Positions 30,198 through 40,081 of a stretch of 64,000 nt of DNA are shown here, in pieces. The notes beneath the pieces are model-generated. The model was given only the letters and a program-made list of their open reading frames with translations, did no database searches and was not told the origin of the DNA. This stretch comes from Clostridiales bacterium (GTDB lineage: Bacteria > Bacillota > Clostridia > Monoglobales > Monoglobaceae): contig JAEDLZ010000001.1 of assembly GCA_016303265.1 (NCBI GenBank), forward strand, positions 983 to 64,982. Reading direction: 5' to 3'. Numbering within the stretch: position 1 is the first letter of the stretch; each line of letters opens with the position of its first letter. A program made the position numbers and the translations under genes.

Positions 30198-30239
30198 GGT
30201 TTTTTTGTCACGAAAAGACAAATAAGCGCAATAAAGCAA

Positions 30240-30863
30240 AGTATTGACCGGTTTTCTGAAACGACAATTGATGGCGTGAAAGCTGTATTCCAGCTTACAC
30301 CCGGAACGGAATCACCTGCTGAGATGAATACTTATTTCCCCGATATGAAAGCTCTTTGGATGGCAGAAAACTGTACCGGTACTTTGCATAATCTCTATAC
30401 ACTGCGCGGCGCTGAGGTGCGTGACGCCAACAGTTGGGCGCGTTACATTACTGAGGCACAAACGCTTTTCCCCGATGCTGAGGTCGTATTCCAATCACAC
30501 AACTGGCCGCACTGGGGCAAAGAAGTGGTCGGCGAATATCTGACCAACACCGCCGCAGTTTATAAGTATATCCACGATCAGACTCTTCGGTATATCAATC
30601 AGGGGTATACCTCAACGGAGATTGCCTCTATGATTGAGCTGCCGGAAAAACCGGAAAAGGTTTGGTACACTCGTCAATATTATGGTACATTGAAGCATAA
30701 TGTCAAGGCTGTCTATCAGAAATACATGGGCTGGTATGACGCCAACCCTGTTCATTTGAATGAGCTTGAGCCAAGCGAATATGCGAAAAAGCTGGTAGAA
30801 TATCTTGGAGATACAGATAAGGTAACCAAATGCCAACATAATATGAATTATGTTGCAAAATAA
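30240..30863 (+). pseudogene. internal fragment of an MBL-fold alkyl/aryl-sulfatase gene
   Basis: ..AENCTGTLHNLYTLRGAEVRDANSWARYI..FQSHNWPHWG..YKYIHDQTLRYINQGYT..YTRQYYGTLKHNVKAVYQKYMGWYDANP... Lacks the N-terminal HxHxDH region and the C-terminal SCP2-like domain. About 200 of an expected ~650 aa. Confidence 0.75.
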
Positions 30864-31021
30864 TGAAAATGTGTACAAAAAACAAAGCGCTCGCTCAAAT
30901 TTGGCGGGTATTTATAATAATTTATACGCACAACATTTAGACCAACGATCTTTTGAGAAAGCCATTGGTCCGGTTTGCCGCATTTTGAATTTATACAAAC
31001 TGACGAAATGGGCGCAAATAA

Positions 31022-31050
31022 TTGACAACTCTTTGAAAAAGTGATATAAT
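31022..31050 (+). promoter_or_regulatory. consensus sigmaA promoter, ~575 nt upstream of the polysaccharide locus
   Basis: TTGACA, 17 nt, TATAAT with TGn (tgatataat). Confidence 0.55.
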
Positions 31051-31626
31051 TTATGTATTATTTATATGGGCTTTTTTATGTTTACAATATAATTCGCATT
31101 ATGCCGTGTTGGAGCGAAACGAGGTGTTTTGTATGCAGATAAATTTATATAGCCATAACAAAATCGCATATTAAAATGTGCTCTTTTTGCTGTAAACAGG
31201 AAAAAGGCTGATGTTATACACCCCACCGGAACAGAAAAATTATTTATTGCTTTTAAGCTGTGTGAGAACAATCCCGATAAAAAATATGCTGGCTGTCACT
31301 TTCTGAGCATATTTTTGATATACAGCTTGAAAACTTAAAAAGAGCCACAGGCGGATATGTGCCTCAAAGCATCGGCTTTTTCACATATGCAAGCCTGATG
31401 AATATGAGTGAAAATAAAATCGCAGAAATAAATTCGGACTATATAATTTTGGATGGGCTCCGCCGCTGCGGTGCCCAAATGTGGTGACAAGGCGTTGAAA
31501 CCGTAAGAACGAAATATGACCCGAATGAAGAATGGGTAAAAGGGCATAAAGCGCAGTTTTGTGCTGAGCCGGGCTTCTTTTGATTTAATATCTGAAGGTT
31601 AATGAGAGCAGAGAGGTAAAAATATT

Positions 31627-32844
31627 ATGTCAGAACGCACAAGGATGATTCCCTTTAGTCCTCCTGATATTTCGGAGGCGGAAATAAATGAAGTTGCAGA
31701 AGCACTCCGTTCCGGTTGGATTACCACCGGACCGAGAACGAAGCAGCTTGAAAAAAATATTGCAGAATGGATTGGCACAGAAAAATGCGTCTGCCTTAAT
31801 TCGCAGACAGCTTGCGCCGAGATGGCTCTGCGTGTGCTTGGTATCGGTCATGGGGACGAAATTATAGTCCCTGCATATACTTACACCGCATCCGCATCTG
31901 TCATAGATCATGTCGGTGCAAAAATCGTCATGATTGATTCGCAGAAAGACAGTCTCGAAATGGATTATGACGCTGTGGAAGCTGCCATCACCGAAAAGAC
32001 GAAAGCAATCATTCCTGTCGATCTCGGCGGTGTGCCGTGCGATTACGACCGCATTTTTGAAATTGTCGAGCGTAAAAAGCAATTTTTCAAGCCGTCAAAC
32101 GAGATACAGAAGGCAATCGGCAGGATTGCCATATGTGCCGATGCAGCACACGCATTCGGCTCAAAGCAGCATGGGAGAATGATTGGCAGCATTGCCGATT
32201 TTTCAAGTTTCAGTTTTCATGCCGTCAAAAACCTTACCACAGCAGAAGGCGGAGCACTGACATGGCGCACCATTGACGGTATCAGCAACGAGGACATTTA
32301 TCATAAGGTTCAGCTTCTCAGTCTGCACGGTCAGTCAAAAGACGCTCTCGCTAAAACCAAGCCGGGCGCATGGGAATACGATATTGTCGGCACATGGTAT
32401 AAGTGCAATATGACAGATGTAGTTGCGGCAATTGGGTTAAAGCAACTTGAGCGCTACCCAAAGATGCTTGCAAGAAGAAAAGAGATAATCGGCAGATACG
32501 ATACCGCGTTCAAGCCACTCGGCGTTGAAACGCTTGACCATTACAACACCGAACACGAATCTTCGGGACATCTCTACATTACCCGTGTTCCGGATATTAC
32601 ATCGGAGCAGCGAAATGAGATTATCATAAAAATGGCGGAACAGGGCGTTGCCTGCAATGTTCACTATAAGCCGCTGCCGATGCACACGGCATATAAGAAC
32701 CTCGGATTTGATATTAAAGATTATCCCGGCGCTTATGCTCATTTTGCCAATGAAATCACACTGCCGCTCCACACTTGTCTGACTGATGAGGATGTGGAAT
32801 ATGTGATAGAGAAATATGTTGAGATACTGAAAGAGTATGTATAA
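31627..32844 (+). CDS. DegT/DnrJ/EryC1/StrS-family sugar aminotransferase (PglE/EpsN-like)
   Basis: 405 aa. MIPFSPPDISEAEINEVAEALRSGWITTGPRTKQLE.., SFHAVKNLTTAEGG (PLP lysine context). Confidence 0.9.
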   Translation: MSERTRMIPFSPPDISEAEINEVAEALRSGWITTGPRTKQLEKNIAEWIGTEKCVCLNSQTACAEMALRVLGIGHGDEIIVPAYTYTASASVIDHVGAKIVMIDSQKDSLEMDYDAVEAAITEKTKAIIPVDLGGVPCDYDRIFEIVERKKQFFKPSNEIQKAIGRIAICADAAHAFGSKQHGRMIGSIADFSSFSFHAVKNLTTAEGGALTWRTIDGISNEDIYHKVQLLSLHGQSKDALAKTKPGAWEYDIVGTWYKCNMTDVVAAIGLKQLERYPKMLARRKEIIGRYDTAFKPLGVETLDHYNTEHESSGHLYITRVPDITSEQRNEIIIKMAEQGVACNVHYKPLPMHTAYKNLGFDIKDYPGAYAHFANEITLPLHTCLTDEDVEYVIEKYVEILKEYV

Positions 32845-32863
32845 CAAGTCGGAGGTGTGATAA

Positions 32864-33334
32864 TTGTATTCGATACGCAAGTTGAACAAGTTTAATATTT
32901 CGGGACTGAAAAGAGCATCCGACATTTTGTATGAGTGCGGCAAGGATATGGCAAAGAGGTATGATCTGCACCATTGGGACAATTCTCACATCAAGAATTG
33001 GGCAGTTATTGCCTTATGTGCTTTGAAAAACGATATTTACTTGGTATATAAAGAAAATGCGCCTGTGGCAACTTTTCAGACCAAAAAACAGAGCAAATCA
33101 TTCCTGTTTCAAAAATTGGCAACTGCTCCCGAGTTTGCGGAGGGAGGTATTGGAACTTATTGCTTAACTGAGATTGAGCGTTTAGCGAAAGAAAATAGTT
33201 GCACAGAGGTTATTTGCGAAGTTTATGACAAAGCCGAACACGCGAAGAATTTTTATGAACACAGAGGCTATACAGTCTATGGTGCAACGGAAACCTTGAA
33301 ATACAAAGAATTGAAAATGCGGAAAGAGATATAG
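32864..33334 (+). CDS. GNAT family N-acetyltransferase
   Basis: 156 aa with a TTG start. ..QKLATAPEFAEGGIGTYCLTEIERLAKE..NFYEHRGY.. resembles the acetyl-CoA binding segment. Confidence 0.75.
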   Translation: MYSIRKLNKFNISGLKRASDILYECGKDMAKRYDLHHWDNSHIKNWAVIALCALKNDIYLVYKENAPVATFQTKKQSKSFLFQKLATAPEFAEGGIGTYCLTEIERLAKENSCTEVICEVYDKAEHAKNFYEHRGYTVYGATETLKYKELKMRKEI

Positions 33335-33340
33335 GAACTT

Positions 33341-34558
33341 ATGAAGAAAATACTGATTATCGGCGCAGGCTTTTTGCAGAGTTTTGTTATCAAGAAAGCA
33401 AAAAGTATGGGATACGAAACATTGGCGGTAGATGCCGATCCAAATGCGATTGGTTTTCGCTTTGCAGACAAGTACGAAGTTATCAATATCGTTGATGAAA
33501 AGGCTTGTCTTGCCTATGCACAAAAAGAAAATATCGATGGTGTTTTGACAGCTGCAACCGATTACGGTGTTTTGACTGCCGCCTACATAGCAAGAGAAAT
33601 GCACCTTGGCGGACTTGATTATGAGGTCGCAAAGCTGATAAAGAACAAGTATAGGGTGCGCAAGCGTTTGTTTGAGGCAAGGGTTGATGATACAGAGCAA
33701 GCTTATGAGATTGATAAAGATACAGACATAAACACTCTTTGCGAGAAGTTGTCATTTCCCGTTATGGTTAAACCTTGCGATGGTTCAGGGAGCAGAGGTG
33801 CCACCCGTGTCGATGAAAAATCGCAGTTTGCCGATGCCTGCAAGAATGCAATTGCGGCATCGATTACGCATCGTGCCGAGGTGGAAACTTTTATTGTCGG
33901 CAAAGAATACGGTGCGGAAACGCTTGTGGCAAACGGAAAGGTAAATGTGCTTGGTATTATGCGAAAGTGGATGACGAATCCTCCGTATTACGCCGAGCTT
34001 GGGCACGCTATTCCGACAGACTTGCCCCGAGAAGTTGAAGAAAGGGCAAAACAATGTGTCAAAAGTGCAATCAAAGCACTTGACATAAACTTCGGCTCTG
34101 TCAATATGGATATGCTCATTACCGCCGAGGGAAAGATACATATTATTGACATCGGTGCGAGAATGGGCGGTAATATGATCGGGCCGTGCATTATCCCATA
34201 TGGAACAGGCGTTGATTATATGGCAAATATGATTCGCAATGCCGTTGGTGATGAGGTTGATTTAACGCCATGCAAGAATAGTGCCGTAGCAACACGACTC
34301 CTCGCTTTCGGCGGCGGAGTTGTAAAACAGCTTCCCGACTTTGAAAAGATAGAAAAAGAATACGGCGTTGAAATATACCATCATTTAGAGGTTGGTCAGG
34401 AGGTAAGAGAGTACCATACCAACCTTGACGGCTGCGGATATATCGTTGCAAAGGCAGACGATGTTGAAACAGCAGTACATAAGGCAGAAGAAGCATTGAA
34501 ACTGATAGAAAAAACGATTTTTATGATAGATGGAGTTGAGCGATATGGGCAAGCATGA
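33341..34558 (+). CDS. ATP-grasp domain protein (carboxylate-amine ligase type)
   Basis: 405 aa. MKKILIIGAGFLQ.., FPVMVKPCDGSGSRGATRV, ..IHIIDIGARMGGN... Confidence 0.8.
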   Translation: MKKILIIGAGFLQSFVIKKAKSMGYETLAVDADPNAIGFRFADKYEVINIVDEKACLAYAQKENIDGVLTAATDYGVLTAAYIAREMHLGGLDYEVAKLIKNKYRVRKRLFEARVDDTEQAYEIDKDTDINTLCEKLSFPVMVKPCDGSGSRGATRVDEKSQFADACKNAIAASITHRAEVETFIVGKEYGAETLVANGKVNVLGIMRKWMTNPPYYAELGHAIPTDLPREVEERAKQCVKSAIKALDINFGSVNMDMLITAEGKIHIIDIGARMGGNMIGPCIIPYGTGVDYMANMIRNAVGDEVDLTPCKNSAVATRLLAFGGGVVKQLPDFEKIEKEYGVEIYHHLEVGQEVREYHTNLDGCGYIVAKADDVETAVHKAEEALKLIEKTIFMIDGVERYGQA

Positions 34559-35264
34559 TGATACGGCGAATGCTGAAAAACTTTACGAGAGCAGTAAGCA
34601 AGAGGAAAAATATAAGGGGTTCTATCAGATTGTATTGAAACGACTTATCGATATTTTGATTTGTATCGTTATCCTCCCTTTTATTTTGCTGATAACAATT
34701 CCGATATCAATAGCCATAAAAGCCGAGGACGGCGGACCGATTTTCTATAAGTCCCGCCGACTTGGAAAAGATTTTAAAGAATTTAATATGCTTAAATTCC
34801 GTTCTATGAAAGTAAACTCCCCCGACCTCCGAAATGACGATGGAAGCACATACAATTCTCAGAGCGACAACCGGGTAACTCATATTGGCAGACTTCTCCG
34901 CGAAACAAGTATCGACGAACTGCCCCAATGTTTCAATGTGCTCCTCGGACACATGAGCCTCATTGGCCCGCGCGCCGGTGATGTGGAATCCAAAGATACA
35001 TATGAGAAAGATGAAAAGGATAAAATGCTTGTCCGTCCCGGAATAAGTGGCTATACACAAGCCTATTACCGCAACAATCTGGGCGTAAGGGAGAAAAGAT
35101 TGTATGATGCTTGGTACGCCCACAATGTTTCTGTTTGGCTTGATATAAAGATTATTTTCAAGACTATAGCGACGGTATTGAAAAGGGAAAATGTTTATAC
35201 AAATACAGAACTTGCCGAGCTAAAAGTGGAGGCTGAAAAAGCACCGAAGGAGGTTATAAAATGA
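34530..35264 (+). CDS. initiating phosphoglycosyl transferase (bacterial sugar transferase, PglC/EpsL-like)
   Basis: KRLIDILICIVILPFILL.., PIFYKSRRLGKDFKEFNMLKFRSM, DELPQCFNVLLGHMSLIGPRA. An alternative start is ATG 34545. Confidence 0.9.
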   Translation: MELSDMGKHDDTANAEKLYESSKQEEKYKGFYQIVLKRLIDILICIVILPFILLITIPISIAIKAEDGGPIFYKSRRLGKDFKEFNMLKFRSMKVNSPDLRNDDGSTYNSQSDNRVTHIGRLLRETSIDELPQCFNVLLGHMSLIGPRAGDVESKDTYEKDEKDKMLVRPGISGYTQAYYRNNLGVREKRLYDAWYAHNVSVWLDIKIIFKTIATVLKRENVYTNTELAELKVEAEKAPKEVIK

Positions 35265-36442
35265 GCAAAATTCTGTTTATTTCAAACATATCCAATAGGA
35301 TTACATCATTCGTTACTGCAAGTATATCAGCGGCTCACAGTTTGGACATAGATTTTTATCATGCGGCGAATTGGCAGGATGCCGAAAAGTCGCAAATTGA
35401 AATCTATGAAAAAATGTATAACATTAAAATTAAAAGTGTTCCGATTTCAAGAAATCCACTTGCAAAGACAAATTTAACGGCATACAAAGAACTTGTTGAA
35501 TTTATCAAGAAGGAAAATATCGACTACATACACTGCAATACTCCGACAGGTGGCATTCTCGGTCGCTTGGCAGGAAAAAAGTGCAAGGTTAAAAGAGTAA
35601 TCTATCAGGCACACGGTTTTCATTTTTACAAGGGTGCGCCAAAGAAAAATTGGCTTGTATATTACCCCGTGGAAAAATGGCTTGCTCGTTATACCGACGC
35701 TTTGATTACCATCAACAGCGAGGATTTTGAACTTGCGAAAGCTAAATTAAAACTACGCAAAAACGGTAAGGTTTACTATGTTCACGGTGTTGGTATTGAT
35801 ACGGCGCAATATAATCTGAGCGAAAAATCCCGCGAGGAGAAACGGCTTGAATTGGGGCTTGGCGAAAACGATGTTGCTTTGATTTCAATGGGCGATTTGA
35901 TTGAACGCAAAAATTATGACTCTGCGATCCGTGCGGTTGCTGAGGCAAATACTCCCGCCTTGCAGTATTTTATCTGCGGCAAAGGCCCGGAAGAAGAAAA
36001 TCTTAAAGCACTTGTGCAGAGCCTGGGCGTGGCTGAACAGATTCATTTTCTCGGATTCCGATCGGATATTAAAGAGTTGCTTACTGCCGCCGATGTGTTT
36101 CTGTTTACCACGAAACAAGAGGGACTTCCTCGCTCTATGATGGAGGCGATGGCTTCGGGACTTCCCTGCGTAGCAAGCAAAATCCGCGGAAATACGGACT
36201 TGCTTGATGGTACGGATGGCGGCTATCTCTGTGAAGCAACTGATGTATCTGGCTATGCGGAAAGGCTGCGACTCTTGGCGAGTGATAAGGCTTTGCGAGA
36301 AACGATGGGAAGAAACAACCTGATTGCCGTGCAAAAATTCAACACTGAAACCGTAAGAGAAGAACTGCGAAAAGTTTATGAAACTGAATTTGATGTGTCG
36401 GCGGTTGAGAAAGAGATGAGGAATATTTACGCCGAAGTTTAG
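35261..36442 (+). CDS. GT4-type glycosyltransferase
   Basis: 393 aa. EGLPRSMMEAMASGLPCVASKIRGNTDLL (E-x7-E region). Confidence 0.85.
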   Translation: MSKILFISNISNRITSFVTASISAAHSLDIDFYHAANWQDAEKSQIEIYEKMYNIKIKSVPISRNPLAKTNLTAYKELVEFIKKENIDYIHCNTPTGGILGRLAGKKCKVKRVIYQAHGFHFYKGAPKKNWLVYYPVEKWLARYTDALITINSEDFELAKAKLKLRKNGKVYYVHGVGIDTAQYNLSEKSREEKRLELGLGENDVALISMGDLIERKNYDSAIRAVAEANTPALQYFICGKGPEEENLKALVQSLGVAEQIHFLGFRSDIKELLTAADVFLFTTKQEGLPRSMMEAMASGLPCVASKIRGNTDLLDGTDGGYLCEATDVSGYAERLRLLASDKALRETMGRNNLIAVQKFNTETVREELRKVYETEFDVSAVEKEMRNIYAEV

Positions 36443-36451
36443 GAGTGGAAG

Positions 36452-37597
36452 ATGAAAAAGAGAGTAGTTTTGATACGGTCAAATCCCGTTTCTCCGGATC
36501 CTCCCGTCGAGAAAGTGGCAGACGCCTTGCTTGCAAACGGTTATGAGGTAATGGTTATCGGTTGGGATAGAGGGAGCAATATAACTGAAAGGCTTGAAAA
36601 TTTATCACTTGAACACGGTGTCGCAAAGATAACGAGGTTTGGTATTCCGGCAATGTTTGACGGCGGAATAAGAAAGAACCTTTTCCCTTTGGCAAAGTTT
36701 CAACACAGATTATATAAGTGGTTGAAAAAAAACAAAAATGAATATGACATAATTCATTCCTTTGATTTTGACACGGGTTTTATGGCATATAAAATCGCAA
36801 GAAAATATAACAAAACATTGGTTTATCACATCCTTGATTTTTACATTGATTCGCACAATGTTCCAACCGGATATTTAAAATCAAAAGTCAGAAATGCAGA
36901 ATTTGCAATAATAAACAACGCAGATGCAACGATTATTTGTACGGAAAAACGCCTTGAGCAAATCGCAGGGACTAAGCCAAAAAGATTGGAAATTATCCAT
37001 AATACGCCGAAAGCGGTCAGACAAATAAGCGATAGTTTCTGTGAACTAAAAAACAGTTGCCGCTACAAGATAGTTTATGTTGGCATATTGGCCGGCTCAA
37101 GATTTTTGAGGGAAATCGTCAAGTTTGTCAAAGAGGACGATAGGTTTGAATTCCATGTCGGCGGCTTTGGCATTATGGAAAATGAGGTTGCTGAGGCTGC
37201 TCAAAAATGTGACCGCATATTTTATTATGGAAAACTGCCATATGATAAAACATTAGCGTTGGAGCAGGCCTGCGATATTATGACTGCAATCTACGACCCC
37301 AAAGTGCCTAACCACAGATACGCCGCGCCGAACAAGTTTTATGAATCTTTAATGCTCGGAAAACCTGTTGTGATGGCTCGAAATACGGGGTTTGATGAAA
37401 TCATTGAAAATAAGCATATCGGATGCTTGATTGATTTCAGCGAAAAAGGATTTTCTGATGGCATGAATCAATTGGTTTCTCATAAAGACGAGTGGGCATC
37501 CATGAGTGAGCAAATGAAAAAACTGTACAAAGAGCAGTATAGTTGGGATGAAATGGAAAGGCGACTTTTGAAGTTATATGCAGGATTAAGTAAATGA
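36452..37597 (+). CDS. glycosyltransferase (GT-B fold, GT4-like)
   Basis: 381 aa. N-terminal MKKRVVLIRSNPVSPDPPVEKVADALLANGYEV, C-terminal NKFYESLMLGKPVVMARNTG. Confidence 0.75.
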   Translation: MKKRVVLIRSNPVSPDPPVEKVADALLANGYEVMVIGWDRGSNITERLENLSLEHGVAKITRFGIPAMFDGGIRKNLFPLAKFQHRLYKWLKKNKNEYDIIHSFDFDTGFMAYKIARKYNKTLVYHILDFYIDSHNVPTGYLKSKVRNAEFAIINNADATIICTEKRLEQIAGTKPKRLEIIHNTPKAVRQISDSFCELKNSCRYKIVYVGILAGSRFLREIVKFVKEDDRFEFHVGGFGIMENEVAEAAQKCDRIFYYGKLPYDKTLALEQACDIMTAIYDPKVPNHRYAAPNKFYESLMLGKPVVMARNTGFDEIIENKHIGCLIDFSEKGFSDGMNQLVSHKDEWASMSEQMKKLYKEQYSWDEMERRLLKLYAGLSK

Positions 37598-38733
37598 AAA
37601 AAATATTGATTGTAAATAATAATTTGGATATGGGCGGGATTCAAAAATCGCTCGTGAATTTGCTAAAGGAAGTACATAGCCGCTATGATATTACACTCTT
37701 GCTTTTCAGCAAAAGCGGAACATTGTTAAAGGATGTTCCGGAGGATGTGAATATTATAACGCCGAACAGATGCTATCGTATGTTAGGCTTGACAAAAGCT
37801 GAGTTGAGGAAGTATCCGTTTTTGTTTTGCATGAAATTTCTGCTGATGAAGTACACCTCTATCTTTTCAAGAAGAAGTGCAATGAAGTTGCTTGGACTTT
37901 TTCAAAGAAAAATCAGAGGGTATGATACTGTTATATCATACTCACATTTGTTTCATCATAAATATTTTGCAAATGGGAGCGCAGATTTTGTGCTGGACAA
38001 GACGATCGGAAAAAGGAAAATATGCCTTGTTCATTGCGACTATCTCAATTCCGGCACAATGTCGAAACAGAACAACAGCTTATATTCCGAGTTCGACAAA
38101 ATTGCCTGTTGTTCGGATTCTGTAAGGAAAAGATTTTTAGATGGCAGCAGAATATCGCCGGACAAAGTGTTTACACTAAGGAATTTCTATGATTTTGACA
38201 TCATTAAATTTGCAAACGAAAAGCCATATATGTATGAAGATGACAGTATCAATCTGCTGACAGTAGCACGGCTGTCCCATGAAAAGGGAGTAGACAAAGC
38301 CATTGACGCTTTTCATGCCGCAGGGAGAAAGGATATCAGGTATTACATTGTCGGAGATGGTCCTCAAAGAAGTATTTTGGAAAACAAGGTCAGCGATTAT
38401 CATATGGAAGAACGGATATTCTTTCTTGGTGAACAACAAAATCCATACAGATATATGCTCAATGCCGATTATTTGTTGGTGCCGTCCTTGCATGAAGCTG
38501 CACCGATGGTCTTCGACGAGGCCAATATACTTGGCTTGCCAATCATAACGACAAATACTACTTCCGCACAGGAAATGGTAGCGGACAATGACGGGACAGT
38601 ATGTGAGAATTTTGATGAGCTGGAAAATATCTTGGAGAATTTAAAAAAGAGAGAAACAAGGAAAGAAGCTTTGCGGACAAATGAAACGCAGCTTAAACAG
38701 TTCTTTTATTTGGAAAACGAATTGGAAATATGA
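37594..38733 (+). CDS. GT4-type glycosyltransferase
   Basis: 379 aa. HEAAPMVFDEANILGLPIITTNTTSAQEMV. ATGA overlap with the previous gene. Confidence 0.8.
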   Translation: MKKILIVNNNLDMGGIQKSLVNLLKEVHSRYDITLLLFSKSGTLLKDVPEDVNIITPNRCYRMLGLTKAELRKYPFLFCMKFLLMKYTSIFSRRSAMKLLGLFQRKIRGYDTVISYSHLFHHKYFANGSADFVLDKTIGKRKICLVHCDYLNSGTMSKQNNSLYSEFDKIACCSDSVRKRFLDGSRISPDKVFTLRNFYDFDIIKFANEKPYMYEDDSINLLTVARLSHEKGVDKAIDAFHAAGRKDIRYYIVGDGPQRSILENKVSDYHMEERIFFLGEQQNPYRYMLNADYLLVPSLHEAAPMVFDEANILGLPIITTNTTSAQEMVADNDGTVCENFDELENILENLKKRETRKEALRTNETQLKQFFYLENELEI

Positions 38734-38746
38734 GGAGCGACGGCAG

Positions 38747-40081
38747 ATGAACAAAGAAAATAAAGAGATATTTGGGTTCAGCAGAACAATGTTTTTGCAG
38801 TGTATTGTCGTATTTTTGGGGATATGCGGCGGTTTGTGGATTAACAAATACATTTATATACTCACGGCATTATTCACTATACTGATGTGCTTTACAAAGG
38901 ACATCAATAATATTTATTATAATTTGCTTTTCAGTATTTCATTTACTGTAATATATAAACTCAATCCTTCTTCGACATCGCTTTTCGCATACATAATGAT
39001 TGCAGCAGGCGTAATTCTGATAGCTCGGAGGGGAAATTTCAATATGGCACAGTTTCTTCCCATGTGCCTTTTTTCGGTGTATCTCATTGTCGGAATGGGG
39101 TCTAAATATACAACTGCATTTAAAATGATTATGGGAATTATCTTATTTTACCTATTTGTAAGAACAATTGAAGTCGATGATTTCAAAAATCACATAATGG
39201 CTTTTGTACTGGGTGTTATCGGCAGTTCAGCGGTAGGAACTTTTCGTGATTCCCTGCCGCAGCTGTCGGCATACTTCAAATCGGAATATACATTATATAA
39301 CGGCGCTGATTTGACATACAGATTTACCGGATTAAATTATGATCCTAATTTTTATTCTATGTCAGTCGTATTCGCAATTGTTCTTTGCATAATTTTGCTG
39401 ATGAATAAAACAGGTAATAGGGCGCTTATGTGGACATTATTGGTTTCGTTGTTGGTGTTTGGCTTTCAGTCTTACAGCAAAATGTTTTTGCTGGCTGTTA
39501 TGATAGTTGGCATCATATCAATAATTTACATGATGAAATCTCCCAAAATGATTTTGGCAGCATTGGCAGCATTGCTTACACTGGGAATGGGCGTTGTAAC
39601 ATGGTTAAAGGAAATCGGTTACATGGATATAATGTATAACAGAATATTTGAGGGCGATATTACAACGGGACGATTGGACATATTGAAAAGCTATTATGAA
39701 TATTTAGCCAACTCACCGTTTGCTTTTATTTTTGGCAAAGGGATAGGAGCCGACTACCTCTCGGTCGGAGGCGCACACAATACATATATTGAATCGGTGT
39801 ATTGTGTCGGTATATTGGGCAGCATAATCTTTTTGTATATGATGATTTCAATATTCAAATGCAAAAAGTACAATAACAAAAAACGGAGCTTGAATTATAT
39901 GCTGCTCTTTGTTTTCTTGGTAATGATTAGTGTTCTTGGCTGTTTTACAATAAACGAACTTCCATTTTATTGTATTCTTGTATGGTTAGGGTTAAATATC
40001 AATGTTGAAAGTAGAAACGGTAGTATGAAAGAAAGAGGAATGCGAAATGTACAGCGTAATAGTACCGATTTACAGGGTTGA
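38747..40081 (+). CDS. O-antigen polymerase/ligase-family membrane protein (Wzy-like)
   Basis: About 10 hydrophobic segments with a large loop. Start set to ATG 38747 behind SD gaggag. Confidence 0.7.
   Translation: MNKENKEIFGFSRTMFLQCIVVFLGICGGLWINKYIYILTALFTILMCFTKDINNIYYNLLFSISFTVIYKLNPSSTSLFAYIMIAAGVILIARRGNFNMAQFLPMCLFSVYLIVGMGSKYTTAFKMIMGIILFYLFVRTIEVDDFKNHIMAFVLGVIGSSAVGTFRDSLPQLSAYFKSEYTLYNGADLTYRFTGLNYDPNFYSMSVVFAIVLCIILLMNKTGNRALMWTLLVSLLVFGFQSYSKMFLLAVMIVGIISIIYMMKSPKMILAALAALLTLGMGVVTWLKEIGYMDIMYNRIFEGDITTGRLDILKSYYEYLANSPFAFIFGKGIGADYLSVGGAHNTYIESVYCVGILGSIIFLYMMISIFKCKKYNNKKRSLNYMLLFVFLVMISVLGCFTINELPFYCILVWLGLNINVESRNGSMKERGMRNVQRNSTDLQG

Noticed and set aside
30165-30239. N-terminus MFHCHTPCGVCGFFVTKRQ.. 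of ORF 30165-30863.
   Set aside because: This is the frame-shifted reading of the duplicated rlmD 3' end plus spacer. It is not a real start for the sulfatase fragment.
31062-31547. Minus-strand ORFs 31062-31271 and 31335-31547 in the polysaccharide leader.
   Set aside because: No SD, odd composition, and they are antisense to a region better explained as an untranslated leader.
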